From the NCBI GenBank assembly GCA_947038565.1, contig CAMQWP010000003.1:85183-149182 (forward strand): DNA of 64,000 bases. The letters are read 5' to 3'. This document shows, piece after piece, positions 21,243-31,888 of this stretch (position 1 is its first letter; every line of letters starts with the position of its first letter). Made by a program: the position numbers and the translations under genes. The stretch comes from an uncultured Clostridia bacterium. Its GTDB lineage: Bacteria; Bacillota; Clostridia; Christensenellales; UBA3700. The notes under the pieces are model-generated. The model saw nothing but the letters and a program-made list of their open reading frames with translations. It searched no databases and was not told where the DNA came from.

Positions 21243-21448
21243 TATTTTTCCACCTCTATAACACAGTCAGGACACATAGTCGCGCAGAATGCACAGCCTA
21301 TACATTTATCCATCTCTAATACTTCAGCTACAAAATAGCCTTTACTATTAATCTCGCTTTCACTAATGCTAATGATGTGCTTAGGACAAACGCCTATACA
21401 CAAACCACAGCTTTTGCAAAATGCTTTGTTAAAACTTACTTTTGCCAA
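21242..21448 (-). CDS. korD: 2-oxoacid:ferredoxin oxidoreductase delta subunit (2x[4Fe-4S] ferredoxin)
   Basis: 68 aa with two CxxCxxCxxxCP clusters. Confidence 0.85.
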   Translation of the reverse strand: MAKVSFNKAFCKSCGLCIGVCPKHIISISESEINSKGYFVAEVLEMDKCIGCAFCATMCPDCVIEVEK

Positions 21449-21815
21449 AATCTCGCTCCTTTACTAAGCTCACTTTAGTAGTGAATCTACTAGCACGCCT
21501 AATACTTATATTTTACCTTACATACATTATACAATAACAATCAAATTTTGTAAACTAAAATTGCCATTATTACTCAAAATAAATAATATACTTACTCATT
21601 CGATTTACTTCTGTTGTTTCATTGCACGCTTTATTATCTACGCAATTTGCGACATGATCAATGCAACTTACCATGACAAGTAGTCACCTGATATTATACT
21701 GCTCTAAGCATTGATATCTTGCTATCAACTATCAAATGCAGTAGATATTTAAATTAGCTAAATCGCATGCATTATAGCCGTATTCATGCTATTACGATTG
21801 GTAATAATTATCAGT

Positions 21816-23420
21816 TTATTTTCTTACCATATTTCGTACATGCTTAGTCTTGATAATAGGCTTTTCACAGCCCGAAACTTTATTGAATGCCCATACTACA
21901 CCATCAGTATTTTTAATAAGTGCAAGTCTAGGACTAGACAAAATAAACTCATTATTTTCTACTGCGATACCGCTATGAACAGTCTTCCATCCTAAACACT
22001 CAGGCTCGATACTGATAGGATAAGTTCCGCACTCTACAAACTTATTATTGCGAATAGTTACGTCACATACCATACCACTTTCATACCAGCTTTTAGCATC
22101 ATCAGCGATCAATATACTTGCCATTATATTCTTGTGGAATATTGAGTTTTGGACTACTACTTTCTTTCTTGTAGTCACTAAAATACCACGAGTAGGGACA
22201 TTGTAACAAGCTAGGTTATCTACAAATAATTCTGTTGTCCAAGTAATATTTTCGATCATGTCACCCTTTCTTGCTGACACCTTATTATCTAGTATTAATA
22301 CCTGAACTCTAGGCGATTCGCATACCACTGATTTGATCGTGGCACGACTCTTTTCACGTAGAGAATTAGTACCTACTACTGCAATCTTATCCCCCGATTC
22401 AAAGCATTTAAAACCGTAAGATTGAGCATGAGGGAATAACACCTTAATACGATTATTCTCCACACCTAATATTTTAAAGTGAATACCGTGTACATTTATC
22501 ACATCATCTCGCGTTCCATCGACAACGCAATTAGTTACAGTCAATCTTCCTCGACAATTACAGCTATGTATAACGTCTGCAAAAGTAGCAGTAGTACGAC
22601 CTCTATCTTTGTTCGGAACAAAGTTACAGCCGTCTATATTAATGTTTTTAGAGTGCTGACAAAGCACGCCCATACCATGCATAAACTTATAGTTATTATC
22701 TATAAAGCTTACTTCTGATGAGTCCGATACAAACACGCCCGCACCGTCCCTGATAACTGAACAAATTTGATAAATATATCCCTTTTTATAAAGACAATTA
22801 CAAGTCAAATATATCCTTATACTACCGTCGTCATTGACATGACAGCCTTTAGAACTTTCAAAGCAGCTTACGCGATTAGAATACCATTTAACACGTTTTG
22901 TAATGCCGGCTATAGGATCACATTCTTGTACTTCTATATTTCCGCCGATATCACTATCAAACTTAAATAATCCACTATCTAGCGTATATTCAGAGTCGAT
23001 GTTTGGCATTATATCTATGTACCCATTCTCGCTGTTTAAGACGGTAAATTCCGCAACAGTGGGGTGTATGTAGTCGAAGTTAAAACCTTTTATTGTGATG
23101 TCATAACTGTCAATTATCGCCATCTGTACCATGCGTCCATCGTACTTTAAAGTATTACCCTTGCCATCAATAGTAAGACCACTGACATTCATGATAGGAA
23201 ATCCTACTAGCCTACGAGCATGAGGTATCTCTTTCTCACTTGCAGTATTAGTCAAGTACAGTTCTTTAACTATCGCATTATCCGATTTGATCACAATACC
23301 ATCTATATCCCATATCAGCTCTACGTGACCTTTATCTTTGACATCTTTAATCACCTCTACAAGTCTTGAAGACGATAACTCTTGTCCATTGGTAAGCCCG
23401 TATTCACTCAGCTTAATCAT
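21816..23420 (-). CDS. right-handed beta-helix repeat protein, possible glycoside hydrolase (GH110-like guess)
   Basis: Periodic beta-helix-like repeats (…VTNCVVDG…INVHG…). Start moved to ATG 23420 (MIKLSEYG) with a GGAGG RBS. Its neighbour is a GH97-like gene. Confidence 0.45.
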   Translation of the reverse strand: MIKLSEYGLTNGQELSSSRLVEVIKDVKDKGHVELIWDIDGIVIKSDNAIVKELYLTNTASEKEIPHARRLVGFPIMNVSGLTIDGKGNTLKYDGRMVQMAIIDSYDITIKGFNFDYIHPTVAEFTVLNSENGYIDIMPNIDSEYTLDSGLFKFDSDIGGNIEVQECDPIAGITKRVKWYSNRVSCFESSKGCHVNDDGSIRIYLTCNCLYKKGYIYQICSVIRDGAGVFVSDSSEVSFIDNNYKFMHGMGVLCQHSKNINIDGCNFVPNKDRGRTTATFADVIHSCNCRGRLTVTNCVVDGTRDDVINVHGIHFKILGVENNRIKVLFPHAQSYGFKCFESGDKIAVVGTNSLREKSRATIKSVVCESPRVQVLILDNKVSARKGDMIENITWTTELFVDNLACYNVPTRGILVTTRKKVVVQNSIFHKNIMASILIADDAKSWYESGMVCDVTIRNNKFVECGTYPISIEPECLGWKTVHSGIAVENNEFILSSPRLALIKNTDGVVWAFNKVSGCEKPIIKTKHVRNMVRK

Positions 23421-24109
23421 AAATATACCTCCAGCATTATACACATATAATAAATCAATTTTATACATTATAGCACTTATAGTCGCATTAGTCAATACAT
23501 GCAAGAAAACTAACTAATCTACACAATCATTATATATGATATATTATTTTTTACTATTTAGCATAGATATACACACAGTTGCAGTAGGATATAATGCGAT
23601 TATTAAACGCCACTTTGTGACATATCATTTCTGATATATGATAAGCCTATAAATCAATAATTGATCCATACAAAAATACTTGCATTTACACATAATATCA
23701 GTCTACAAAATCAAGCGAAAATACTACTACAAAATATGCCACTTTTAATAGCATAGAAATCACTAAAACTATAAGATGTGAATGCAATATAGTATCTATG
23801 TAATACAAGAATTATATATTTACAATTAACGAAAATATTCTATATTTTAGCACTACTTTTACGCAAATGCATATAAAAGTATTAAAACCCCTCGTTTTTG
23901 ATAAGTTTACGTGAAAACAAGTGATTAAATCGGCTATTTTACATCTAAAAACACTAATAAAAATCTTATTTATATGTTTTTGATCAATATTCGTCGATAA
24001 AGACCATTATTCACATCAAAACCCTATTTTTTAACACCGACCTACTAAAAACTATAGTTTTTTTATTACAAATTAATCAATTTTTGTTTTTATTCGATAC
24101 TATTCGATT

Positions 24110-24146
24110 AAAAAATCGCGGTGCTAATTTTATAATAGCACCGCGA
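24110..24146 (-). terminator. rho-independent terminator after the GH97-like gene
   Basis: On the minus strand: TCGCGGTGCTA, loop, TAGCACCGCGA, followed by TTTTTT. Confidence 0.8.
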
Positions 24147-24205
24147 CTGTATTATTTATACTTTTTGCATTTATTATTTTTTCTCATATAAGCGATATTT
24201 ATTGA

Positions 24206-26059
24206 CTAGTTAGGCTTCACAACTAGAGCAAAACCGCCACCTGGTTTCATTTTAATATTTACTATACTGCCCCATGTTACTGACTTAAATTTCGTTACAC
24301 AATCACCTGGGTTTTTCTTGTAATGAGCAAGATCTCCATCAATATACATTTCCACATCATAATCATCATTTTGCAAGAAATCCAAGTTGACATTTATTGT
24401 TCTTTCTTTTTCATTATTGATGGCACCTACAAACCAGTCCTTGCCTTTGCGTCTAGCGATGACTACGTACTCACCGATTTTACCATCAACAAATACGGTT
24501 TCGTCCCAAGCCGGATTAGGAAAATCTTTAATAAACTGCAATAGATTCGGCTTAGCGTTGTACGAATTTGGAGTATCAAGCAATGTCATAAAACTTGAGT
24601 TAATACTGATCATCTGTCCGAATTGACTAGCTATTGTACATCTACAATTACGGAAAGAGTTCTTTCTCTTGCCTACATTCTCAGTATCAAAAAGACCATA
24701 ACCCCTATCAATAGGCCCCGCCAAACAGTTAGTAAATGGCAATGCTGTCAGCATTTTAGGAGTCGCATATTTAGATCTCTTTCCTTCTAATTGGAAGTTA
24801 CAAAACTGAAAGCCAATGACATTAGGATGAGTCCTATTCAGCCCCCAAGGCGAGACTGTTTTGTATCCAACATACAGCAGATCGTTTTGAGCACAAATAG
24901 ACGCGATAGTATCAAGATGTTTTGGAGCACCCTGTCCTACACTACGACAATATCCATGCTTAATACCTGCGCAATTCCAATATTTAATAAGTGCTATCAT
25001 GCCCTCGAAGTCATAATTTTTCAGTATGTAATCATCTAGGAATATAAAGATCCCGATACCCTTTTCTATCGCATGATAAGATACTTCTTGCATGTTTAGT
25101 CCAGCAAGCGGAACTCCTGGATTGATAGTATCTTTGTTAAAATTATTCCAACCCGCATCAATAGTCACAAAGGGGATATTATTGTCAGCTGCAAAGTCTA
25201 TATATCTGAAAACGCTGTCCGTATTTATTTGATATTGAAAGTCATTATATATGCAATCAGTATTATAAATAGTAGACATGCTAAGACCAGTTCTTATCCA
25301 ATCAGTGTCTTCATCTAAAGCTGGTGGATTAAGCTCTTCTATTAAAGATGATTTTAAAAGTCCAGCCAAGCCTTTTGCTATGATAATCACTCGCCACGGC
25401 GAATCAAGAGGAAGCTCTTTTACACAAACTGAGTTCATGTTAAATCCTGCAACAGCCTGATCAGGCAGCATATTTTTTTGTAGCGGAGACATAAATCCAG
25501 CGCATGATCCAACATCGTCAGACTCATGAATAGTAACGAAAATATCGCTACCCATCTCTATAGTAAACGGTGTATGTTTGAATTTGCATTTTTGTATAGT
25601 GCCAGCGCCTTTATTAGTACCATCAATATCACAACCCCAGCACTTATAATTCGCATCGAAATTGAACTGAGTGCACTCTGAGATAATATTCAAAATTTCA
25701 AAATTTCTTTGGCATTTTAGACGATACCTGAAAGCTATTCCGTCTTCATACATTCTAAATACAATTTGCATTTCTCTAGTAAGCACTGAAGACTCTTTTA
25801 ATGTAAAAATAGTTTCTGTATAAGCATGCTCTTCGGTAAGCGAAGACGCACCAAAAGTTCTTTTAAAACTCTCTCTACGAGAAGTAGTTTTTTCGTCAAT
25901 TACAGTTAAATTTATGAAGCGGTCACGTGCCAACTCTAGACCTAAAATCGACTTAACGATAATGGTGCGACCATGTCTTGCTACGGTATAATAAATGACA
26001 CCGTTTTCTACTATGAAGTTGCAAGTTAATGACCCTTTAGGCGATGTTATTATACTCAT
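24206..26059 (-). CDS. glycoside hydrolase family 97-like (alpha-glucosidase/alpha-galactosidase type)
   Basis: 617 aa. N-terminal SP.G.L...F...G.IYY.V pattern and a central ...TIDAGW... segment, as remembered for GH97. Confidence 0.55.
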   Translation of the reverse strand: MSIITSPKGSLTCNFIVENGVIYYTVARHGRTIIVKSILGLELARDRFINLTVIDEKTTSRRESFKRTFGASSLTEEHAYTETIFTLKESSVLTREMQIVFRMYEDGIAFRYRLKCQRNFEILNIISECTQFNFDANYKCWGCDIDGTNKGAGTIQKCKFKHTPFTIEMGSDIFVTIHESDDVGSCAGFMSPLQKNMLPDQAVAGFNMNSVCVKELPLDSPWRVIIIAKGLAGLLKSSLIEELNPPALDEDTDWIRTGLSMSTIYNTDCIYNDFQYQINTDSVFRYIDFAADNNIPFVTIDAGWNNFNKDTINPGVPLAGLNMQEVSYHAIEKGIGIFIFLDDYILKNYDFEGMIALIKYWNCAGIKHGYCRSVGQGAPKHLDTIASICAQNDLLYVGYKTVSPWGLNRTHPNVIGFQFCNFQLEGKRSKYATPKMLTALPFTNCLAGPIDRGYGLFDTENVGKRKNSFRNCRCTIASQFGQMISINSSFMTLLDTPNSYNAKPNLLQFIKDFPNPAWDETVFVDGKIGEYVVIARRKGKDWFVGAINNEKERTINVNLDFLQNDDYDVEMYIDGDLAHYKKNPGDCVTKFKSVTWGSIVNIKMKPGGGFALVVKPN

Positions 26060-26674
26060 TTTTCCCTCTTTACTTTGATAATTTGATAATAATAAATAAT
26101 CTATTGTTATTAAAATACAGACACTTATTACCTACCATTACATTATACCACATATTCAGTTTTTTTTCAATATGTATAGGCAAATAATTTGATAAATTTT
26201 TACAAATTTAAAGCGATATTTTTACAATAAAAATATTATAAGCACACAATTTTATATCAAAATACAATATATAATAATGAGTATTGTTTATGAAAAAATT
26301 CTTTACCGAAAAAATAATTTTTTCATTATTTTTTATTGTGTAACAATAATGATGTTGATAATACAGCCCAATTATTTAAAAGATACATAAAGTCAATATG
26401 CAATAATCAAATCTTGCAATTCAATGTCTAAATCATTTTGCATATATGATATATTCTTAAGGATAAATTAAGATAGATAATTTTCATTAATAATGCATAC
26501 TTTATAATTGAATGCAATTTGGCTGCTTACATGTTTGCTACTGAAATAAACAGTATATTCACATCAAAATTGCTATTTAATATAGATACTTAACTTAATT
26601 GTAGTCACTATTTAACAAGTCTTAAATGGCATATAATCAGCTCTTTAATAGTCCTAAATAAATTTTTGAATAGC

Positions 26675-26700
26675 AAAAAACCACCAGTAAACTGATGGTT
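26675..26700 (-). terminator. terminator after tRNA-Asn
   Basis: On the minus strand: AACCATCAG, TTT, ACTGGTGGTT, followed by TTTTTGC. Confidence 0.6.
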
Positions 26701-26704
26701 GTTT

Positions 26705-26780
26705 TGGCGCCTTAAACAGGACTCGAACCTGTGACCCTGCGGTTAACAGCCGCATGCTCTACCAACTGAGCTATTAAGGC
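26705..26780 (-). tRNA. tRNA-Asn (anticodon GTT), CCA encoded
   Basis: Folded by hand into a 76-nt cloverleaf: acceptor GCCTTAA/TTAAGGC, D arm GCTC..GAGC, anticodon arm TGCGG-CTGTTAA-CCGCA, T arm ACAGG-TTCGAGT-CCTGT, 3' GCCA. Confidence 0.95.
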
Positions 26781-27063
26781 ATATTGGTATATTAAATGTT
26801 ACTAGCATAGTATAGTAAATTATCACGGATTTGTCAAGCGATTTTATGAACTTTTTTTAAAATATTTCAAAAAGTTTTTTTATTCATAATATATCATAGC
26901 AAAAACAAGTGACTATAACTTTTAGCACTAGTGGCATGTGATAAATATACCGTAATGCTTATAATATTATATGTCAATATCGTGTTTTTGTTACTATTTT
27001 ACAAGAATAATCACTCTATTTCTTAGGAAATTTTTATTTTACCTCAATATTCGATTTTTTATA

Positions 27064-27109
27064 TAAAAAATGCCTATAATTATTCGAATTTCATCGATAA
27101 TTATAAGCA
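27064..27109 (-). terminator. terminator after the aminotransferase gene
   Basis: 12-bp stem with one mismatch (27071-27109), followed on the minus strand by TTTTTT. Confidence 0.6.
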
Positions 27110-27127
27110 TATTATACATTTATTCTA

Positions 27128-28402
27128 TTATTTATCCGCCATTATTTTCTCAATACAAGCTATTTTAGTACTGCAAACCAATATTTTGCAAGCCTTATCA
27201 AGCTCATTAGTATTAGTAAAAGTTGGTGCAATACGAATATTACTATCCTTGTCATCACGACCATAAGGGAAGGTATCGCCTACTGTAGTTATGACTAATC
27301 CTGCATTTTTGCAAAGCTCATATACACGCTTTGCACAACCATTCATCACGTCATAGCTTATAAAATACCCGCCTAGTGGCTTACTCCATGATGCTATATC
27401 ACTACCACCGAACTCATCTTCTAGCACGTTTAGTATAGCTTGGAACTTAGGACGAATGATGTCAGCATGTTTTTTCATGATTGCACGAACCCCGTCAGCG
27501 TTGCCTAAAAACTGTGCATGTGCAAACTGATTAACTTTGTTTGGCCCAATAGTTTGATACTTGATTATTTCTAATACGTCTTTAATATTTGCATCACTAC
27601 TTGCAAAACAAGCGACGCCTGCACCAGGAAGAGTGATCTTTGAAGTACTTGTAAACATGTAAACCCTATTAGGATTTCCTGCATTATCACAAGAATCGTA
27701 AATATTTTTAAGAGGAGTACTGTCTTCATATAAGTCATGAACTGCATATGCATTATCCCAGAATATTCTGAAGTCACTTGCCGCACATTCCATACTAGCA
27801 AGCCTATCTACTACCGCATCACTATAAGTAACACCTGTAGGATTAGAATACTTTGGCACACACCATATACCTTTTATGCTATCATCAGATTTCACTAAAG
27901 ACTCTATCACGTCCATTATCGGGCCCTCATTATCCATAGGAACAGTGATCAGTTCTATACCAAACGCACTAGTTACAGTGAAGTGCCTATCATAACCAGG
28001 AGACGGGCAAATGAATTTAACTTTCTCTAATTTGTTCCAAGGAGTAGATCCCATAACGCCAAACTGCATACATCTCTGCACACTATCATACATCATGTTA
28101 AGACTGCTATTATCGCCAGCCATAACCTGAGAAACTTTCACGCCAAGCAAATCAGCAAATATCTCTCGCATAGGTAATACGCCTTGAAGTCCGCCGTAAT
28201 TTCTAACATCCGCAGGTCCAGTCGGCAATGCACAATCTTTAAGAATGGTCAATAGTTCATTTGACAAGTCTAGCTGTTCGCTACATGGCTTACCTCTTGA
28301 GATATCAATATTGATGCCCTCTTTAAGCACGGTATCGTAGATATCTTTTTCTATTTTCAATTCTTTTTTTAGTGTCTCAATTGTCTGTTCTCTGTATTTC
28401 AT
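27128..28402 (-). CDS. PLP-dependent aminotransferase (class I/II fold, aspartate-aminotransferase-like)
   Basis: About 424 aa with a TSTSKITLPGAG putative PLP-lysine segment. Start moved to ATG 28402 (MKYREQ) with a GGAGG RBS. Confidence 0.65.
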   Translation of the reverse strand: MKYREQTIETLKKELKIEKDIYDTVLKEGINIDISRGKPCSEQLDLSNELLTILKDCALPTGPADVRNYGGLQGVLPMREIFADLLGVKVSQVMAGDNSSLNMMYDSVQRCMQFGVMGSTPWNKLEKVKFICPSPGYDRHFTVTSAFGIELITVPMDNEGPIMDVIESLVKSDDSIKGIWCVPKYSNPTGVTYSDAVVDRLASMECAASDFRIFWDNAYAVHDLYEDSTPLKNIYDSCDNAGNPNRVYMFTSTSKITLPGAGVACFASSDANIKDVLEIIKYQTIGPNKVNQFAHAQFLGNADGVRAIMKKHADIIRPKFQAILNVLEDEFGGSDIASWSKPLGGYFISYDVMNGCAKRVYELCKNAGLVITTVGDTFPYGRDDKDSNIRIAPTFTNTNELDKACKILVCSTKIACIEKIMADK

Positions 28403-28549
28403 CAGTAAAACCTCCGTTTTGTTGTTATTAATATAATACCATACTATATAATATGCCGTCAATAATTTTTTGCTAATAAATTAAATGTATTAATAAATTT
28501 TGCGTAATTTCCTCAAAAATGACTGATAATACTAGTCAAAGCAGGTAAA

Positions 28550-28598
28550 TATATAAAACAATACTCATATCTTCTTAATATAAGACACGAGTATTGTT
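28550..28598 (-). terminator. hairpin terminator after der
   Basis: AACAATACTC / GAGTATTGTT 10-bp stem with a 22-nt loop; a T-rich tract follows on the minus strand. Confidence 0.5.
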
Positions 28599-28612
28599 AA
28601 AAATCTATTTAA

Positions 28613-29935
28613 TTAAAATGCTTCTTTATCGTTTTTGTTTCTAAATATTAGTCTGATAGGAGTACCTCTGAACTCAAAAGTTTTCCTAATAACATTCTCT
28701 AGATATCTCTTGTATGAGAAGTGAATTATCTCTACATCGTTGACGAAGAAAATAAATGTTGGAGGATTAGCACTGTGTTGAGTAGCAAATAATATCTTAA
28801 GTCTTTTACCATTATGTGCAGGTGGCTCCACTAGTGTTACCGCATCTTGGATAACGTCATTTAATACTCCAGTAGTGACACGCTTTGACGCTTCGTCATG
28901 TACAGCAACTACTTCCGACATAATATTTCTAACTCTCTGACCAGTCTTAGCTGATACATAAAGAGGCACGAAATAATTCATAAATTTTAGATCCTCGTCA
29001 AGTCCCTTATTGAAAACATTGATAGTATGAGTATCTTTTTCTATAGTATCCCACTTATTCATAAGGATTACTGAAGGCTTGCCTTGTTCATGGACATATC
29101 CACAAATACGAACATCCTGTTCACTTAGTGGCTCCGACGCATCTACCACGATCAAACAAACATCACATCTACGAACAGCAGCAAGACTTCGCATAACGCT
29201 ATAGCTTTCTATGCTCTCATCTATACTACGTTTGCGACGCATACCAGCAGTATCAATAAGGTTGAATTCAGTATCTTGATAAGTGAATGCTGTATCGATA
29301 GCATCACGAGTAGTACCAGATATATCACTTACTATAACACGGTCATAGCCAAGCATTTTATTAACCATACTACTCTTACCAGCATTAGGTCTGCCGACAA
29401 CAGCGATATTGATAATATCATCATCTTTCTCTTCGCCTACTTTAGGCAACTTATCGCAAATCTCGTCTAAGATATCGCCGATACCCTTACCTTGCTCACA
29501 AGAAATAGCAAATGGCTCGCCAAGACCTAACTGGTAGAAATCATAAGTCTTCTCTACTTCATTACTATCTAGCTTATTAACAGCTACGATAACTGGTTTC
29601 TTACAACGTCTTAAGTAGTTAGCAACGTCCATATCATCAGGAACAAGACCTTGTCTACCATCAACGAATAGGACTATAACATCAGCAACGTCTACTGCTA
29701 CCTCTGCCTGAGCCTTGATATGCATCCACATCTCATCTTCACTATTGATCTCAAGACCACCCGTGTCAATGATAGTAAAATTATAGCCACACCACTCAGT
29801 GTCATAGTACAATCTATCACGAGTAACACCCGGTTTGTCCTCTACGATAGAAACTCTTCTACCTATTACTTTATTAAAAAATGTTGACTTTCCGACATTA
29901 GGTCTGCCGACGATAGCCACTATTGGTTTAGTCAT
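28613..29935 (-). CDS. der: ribosome-associated GTPase Der/EngA
   Basis: 440 aa with two tandem G domains (GRPNVGKST and GRPNAGKSS) plus a KH-like C-terminus. Confidence 0.95.
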   Translation of the reverse strand: MTKPIVAIVGRPNVGKSTFFNKVIGRRVSIVEDKPGVTRDRLYYDTEWCGYNFTIIDTGGLEINSEDEMWMHIKAQAEVAVDVADVIVLFVDGRQGLVPDDMDVANYLRRCKKPVIVAVNKLDSNEVEKTYDFYQLGLGEPFAISCEQGKGIGDILDEICDKLPKVGEEKDDDIINIAVVGRPNAGKSSMVNKMLGYDRVIVSDISGTTRDAIDTAFTYQDTEFNLIDTAGMRRKRSIDESIESYSVMRSLAAVRRCDVCLIVVDASEPLSEQDVRICGYVHEQGKPSVILMNKWDTIEKDTHTINVFNKGLDEDLKFMNYFVPLYVSAKTGQRVRNIMSEVVAVHDEASKRVTTGVLNDVIQDAVTLVEPPAHNGKRLKILFATQHSANPPTFIFFVNDVEIIHFSYKRYLENVIRKTFEFRGTPIRLIFRNKNDKEAF

Positions 29936-29943
29936 ATACCCTC

Positions 29944-31221
29944 CTAGATACTTGCGATAATCCTAACAAGATGTTCGCCACTTTGTGCTACATGCACGAT
30001 CACGCCTAGTTCTTTTTCCAGTTCTTTAATAGACATGCCGTCTAAAAAAGTAGTAGTAAATTCTCTAAGCATAGTTGCAGGCAAGATAACATTCTTCTTA
30101 AGCTTACCCTTGTACTGCGAGATAATATCCCCCGCGGTAATAAGTCCAGCGACAGTTATACTTTCGCCAAAAAAATCATTAGTAACAGCATTGACATCAA
30201 TGTCAAGGCGTGAGAATTTGTCTGTGAGCAAACTTAGATAACTCTCTAAGAATGGAGCGAATGATACTCCCGTCACCAAACTAACACTCTTTTTCTTCTT
30301 CGAACTGCGAGCATTATCCAGTCCTTCGTTAAGGTCACACTCAAACATTCTTATGAGTCCCACCCCGTTTTCGATCTGATCAAAGTCACCGTATTCGTTA
30401 TATGATGGCAGGTTTAAGCCCGCTCTTATATAGAATTCATCACTAGCCCACGCGAACTGACCAAACTTTTTATTTATATCATCTATTATAGCAATGCTCT
30501 CTATCGCCTTCGCTCTATCTACTTCTTGCAAATGATATAGTCCTTCGCGGTGTTTTGTAAGACCGACTGGAACTACAGCACAAGTCATCACCATAGGCAT
30601 AAGTTGTGCTAGATCCGACAGCGTACGCTCGAGTACTTTTCCATCATTTTCATCAGGACACATTACTATTTGCGTATTGACTTTTATACCGTTTGCGACT
30701 AGGTATTTTATCTTTTCAAAAGTTTTACCTGCCTCAGGATTTGCAACAAGTCTTGTTTTTACAACAGGATTAGTAGCATGAACTGATATATATAGAGGCG
30801 AAAGTTTGAGACGAATTATCCTCTCCAACTGCACTTCGCAGACATTAGATAATGTGATAAAGTTTCCGCTTACGAATGACAATCTATAATCATCATCCTT
30901 CACGTATAAAGTATCTCTCATGCCTTTAGGCAACTGATCAACAAAACAAAAAGAACATTTATTTTTACATCTAATAGGAGTAAGATCCATACTCTCATCA
31001 AGGTCAAGACCTATCAACTCATGGTCATCTTTTTCTATTTCGAAGTCGACGATTTCATCGTCTATTTTGACAGTCATAACAAAACTATCCATACTATCAT
31101 AATAACAATAATCTAAAACGTCATCAATAGGAGTGCCATTGAAAGCTAGTAATTCGTCATCAATTTTTATACCAAGTTGCTCTGCTATACTACCACTTGC
31201 AACTCCGACTATCTTAGCCAT
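29944..31221 (-). CDS. DUF512 / PDZ-containing radical-SAM-like protein commonly found upstream of der
   Basis: About 425 aa; CxxxCxFC motif (CKNKCSFCF). The start is either ATG 31221 or GTG 31227. Confidence 0.65.
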   Translation of the reverse strand: MAKIVGVASGSIAEQLGIKIDDELLAFNGTPIDDVLDYCYYDSMDSFVMTVKIDDEIVDFEIEKDDHELIGLDLDESMDLTPIRCKNKCSFCFVDQLPKGMRDTLYVKDDDYRLSFVSGNFITLSNVCEVQLERIIRLKLSPLYISVHATNPVVKTRLVANPEAGKTFEKIKYLVANGIKVNTQIVMCPDENDGKVLERTLSDLAQLMPMVMTCAVVPVGLTKHREGLYHLQEVDRAKAIESIAIIDDINKKFGQFAWASDEFYIRAGLNLPSYNEYGDFDQIENGVGLIRMFECDLNEGLDNARSSKKKKSVSLVTGVSFAPFLESYLSLLTDKFSRLDIDVNAVTNDFFGESITVAGLITAGDIISQYKGKLKKNVILPATMLREFTTTFLDGMSIKELEKELGVIVHVAQSGEHLVRIIASI

Positions 31222-31228
31222 AAACACC

Positions 31229-31837
31229 TCAATTTATATTATCACCATACACAAGATACTCATACTCATCGAGCATACATATGTCATGGATATTACTATC
31301 ATTTATATATTGCTTTTTCTTCGGCTCATTCGCATGCGGGCAAAAACACCCTTTTATCCAGCCGTAACCATCAGCAATCTCGTAACAATCCGACTCACCA
31401 GACATGATCTTATAATCCGAGATACACTGCTCATAAAAAAGCATCGCACCTGCACTATTACCGATAATAAGCCCACCTTTTTTATAGAAATCATTAAGCA
31501 GCTTGTCCATGCCCATACGCGAAAACTCATCTACCAACACATCAAATCGACCTCCGCCTATATAGATCGCGTCTACTTTATCGAATTTCTCTTTTATATG
31601 TTCATAATCCATCTCGCCATCTAGCCAAAGCCCGCAAGTTGTCTTGCACTTTAATCTAGTTTTGAACTCTCTATTGAATGAATTGACATAAGGCTTACTC
31701 TCAAAGCTCGCAGTAGGGAAGAATAAAACACGCGGTTTTCTCTCTTCGCTAGTGCGAATATCATCAAGCAAACTGACTATATAATCATTAACAAGTGGCA
31801 TTTCTCTCATATTACCACCGCCTATTACTACTAACAT
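31229..31837 (-). CDS. peptidase S51 (dipeptidase E-like)
   Basis: 202 aa; FFPTAS, YIGGG and GNSAGAM motifs. Confidence 0.65.
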   Translation of the reverse strand: MLVVIGGGNMREMPLVNDYIVSLLDDIRTSEERKPRVLFFPTASFESKPYVNSFNREFKTRLKCKTTCGLWLDGEMDYEHIKEKFDKVDAIYIGGGRFDVLVDEFSRMGMDKLLNDFYKKGGLIIGNSAGAMLFYEQCISDYKIMSGESDCYEIADGYGWIKGCFCPHANEPKKKQYINDSNIHDICMLDEYEYLVYGDNIN

Positions 31838-31888
31838 ATCACCTCACTACATTATAATACAGCTAAATAATATGCAACAAGCAATCTA

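Noticed and set aside
23421-24109. Long AT-rich spacer (also 26060-26674) inspected for repeats, small RNAs or ORFs
   Set aside because: No repeats, convincing hairpins or SD-led ORFs were seen by eye. Treated as ordinary AT-rich regulatory or intergenic DNA.
31133-31624. 163-aa plus-strand ORF
   Set aside because: It is antisense to the DUF512 and peptidase S51 genes, with an Ile/Thr/His-rich nonsense composition and no RBS.
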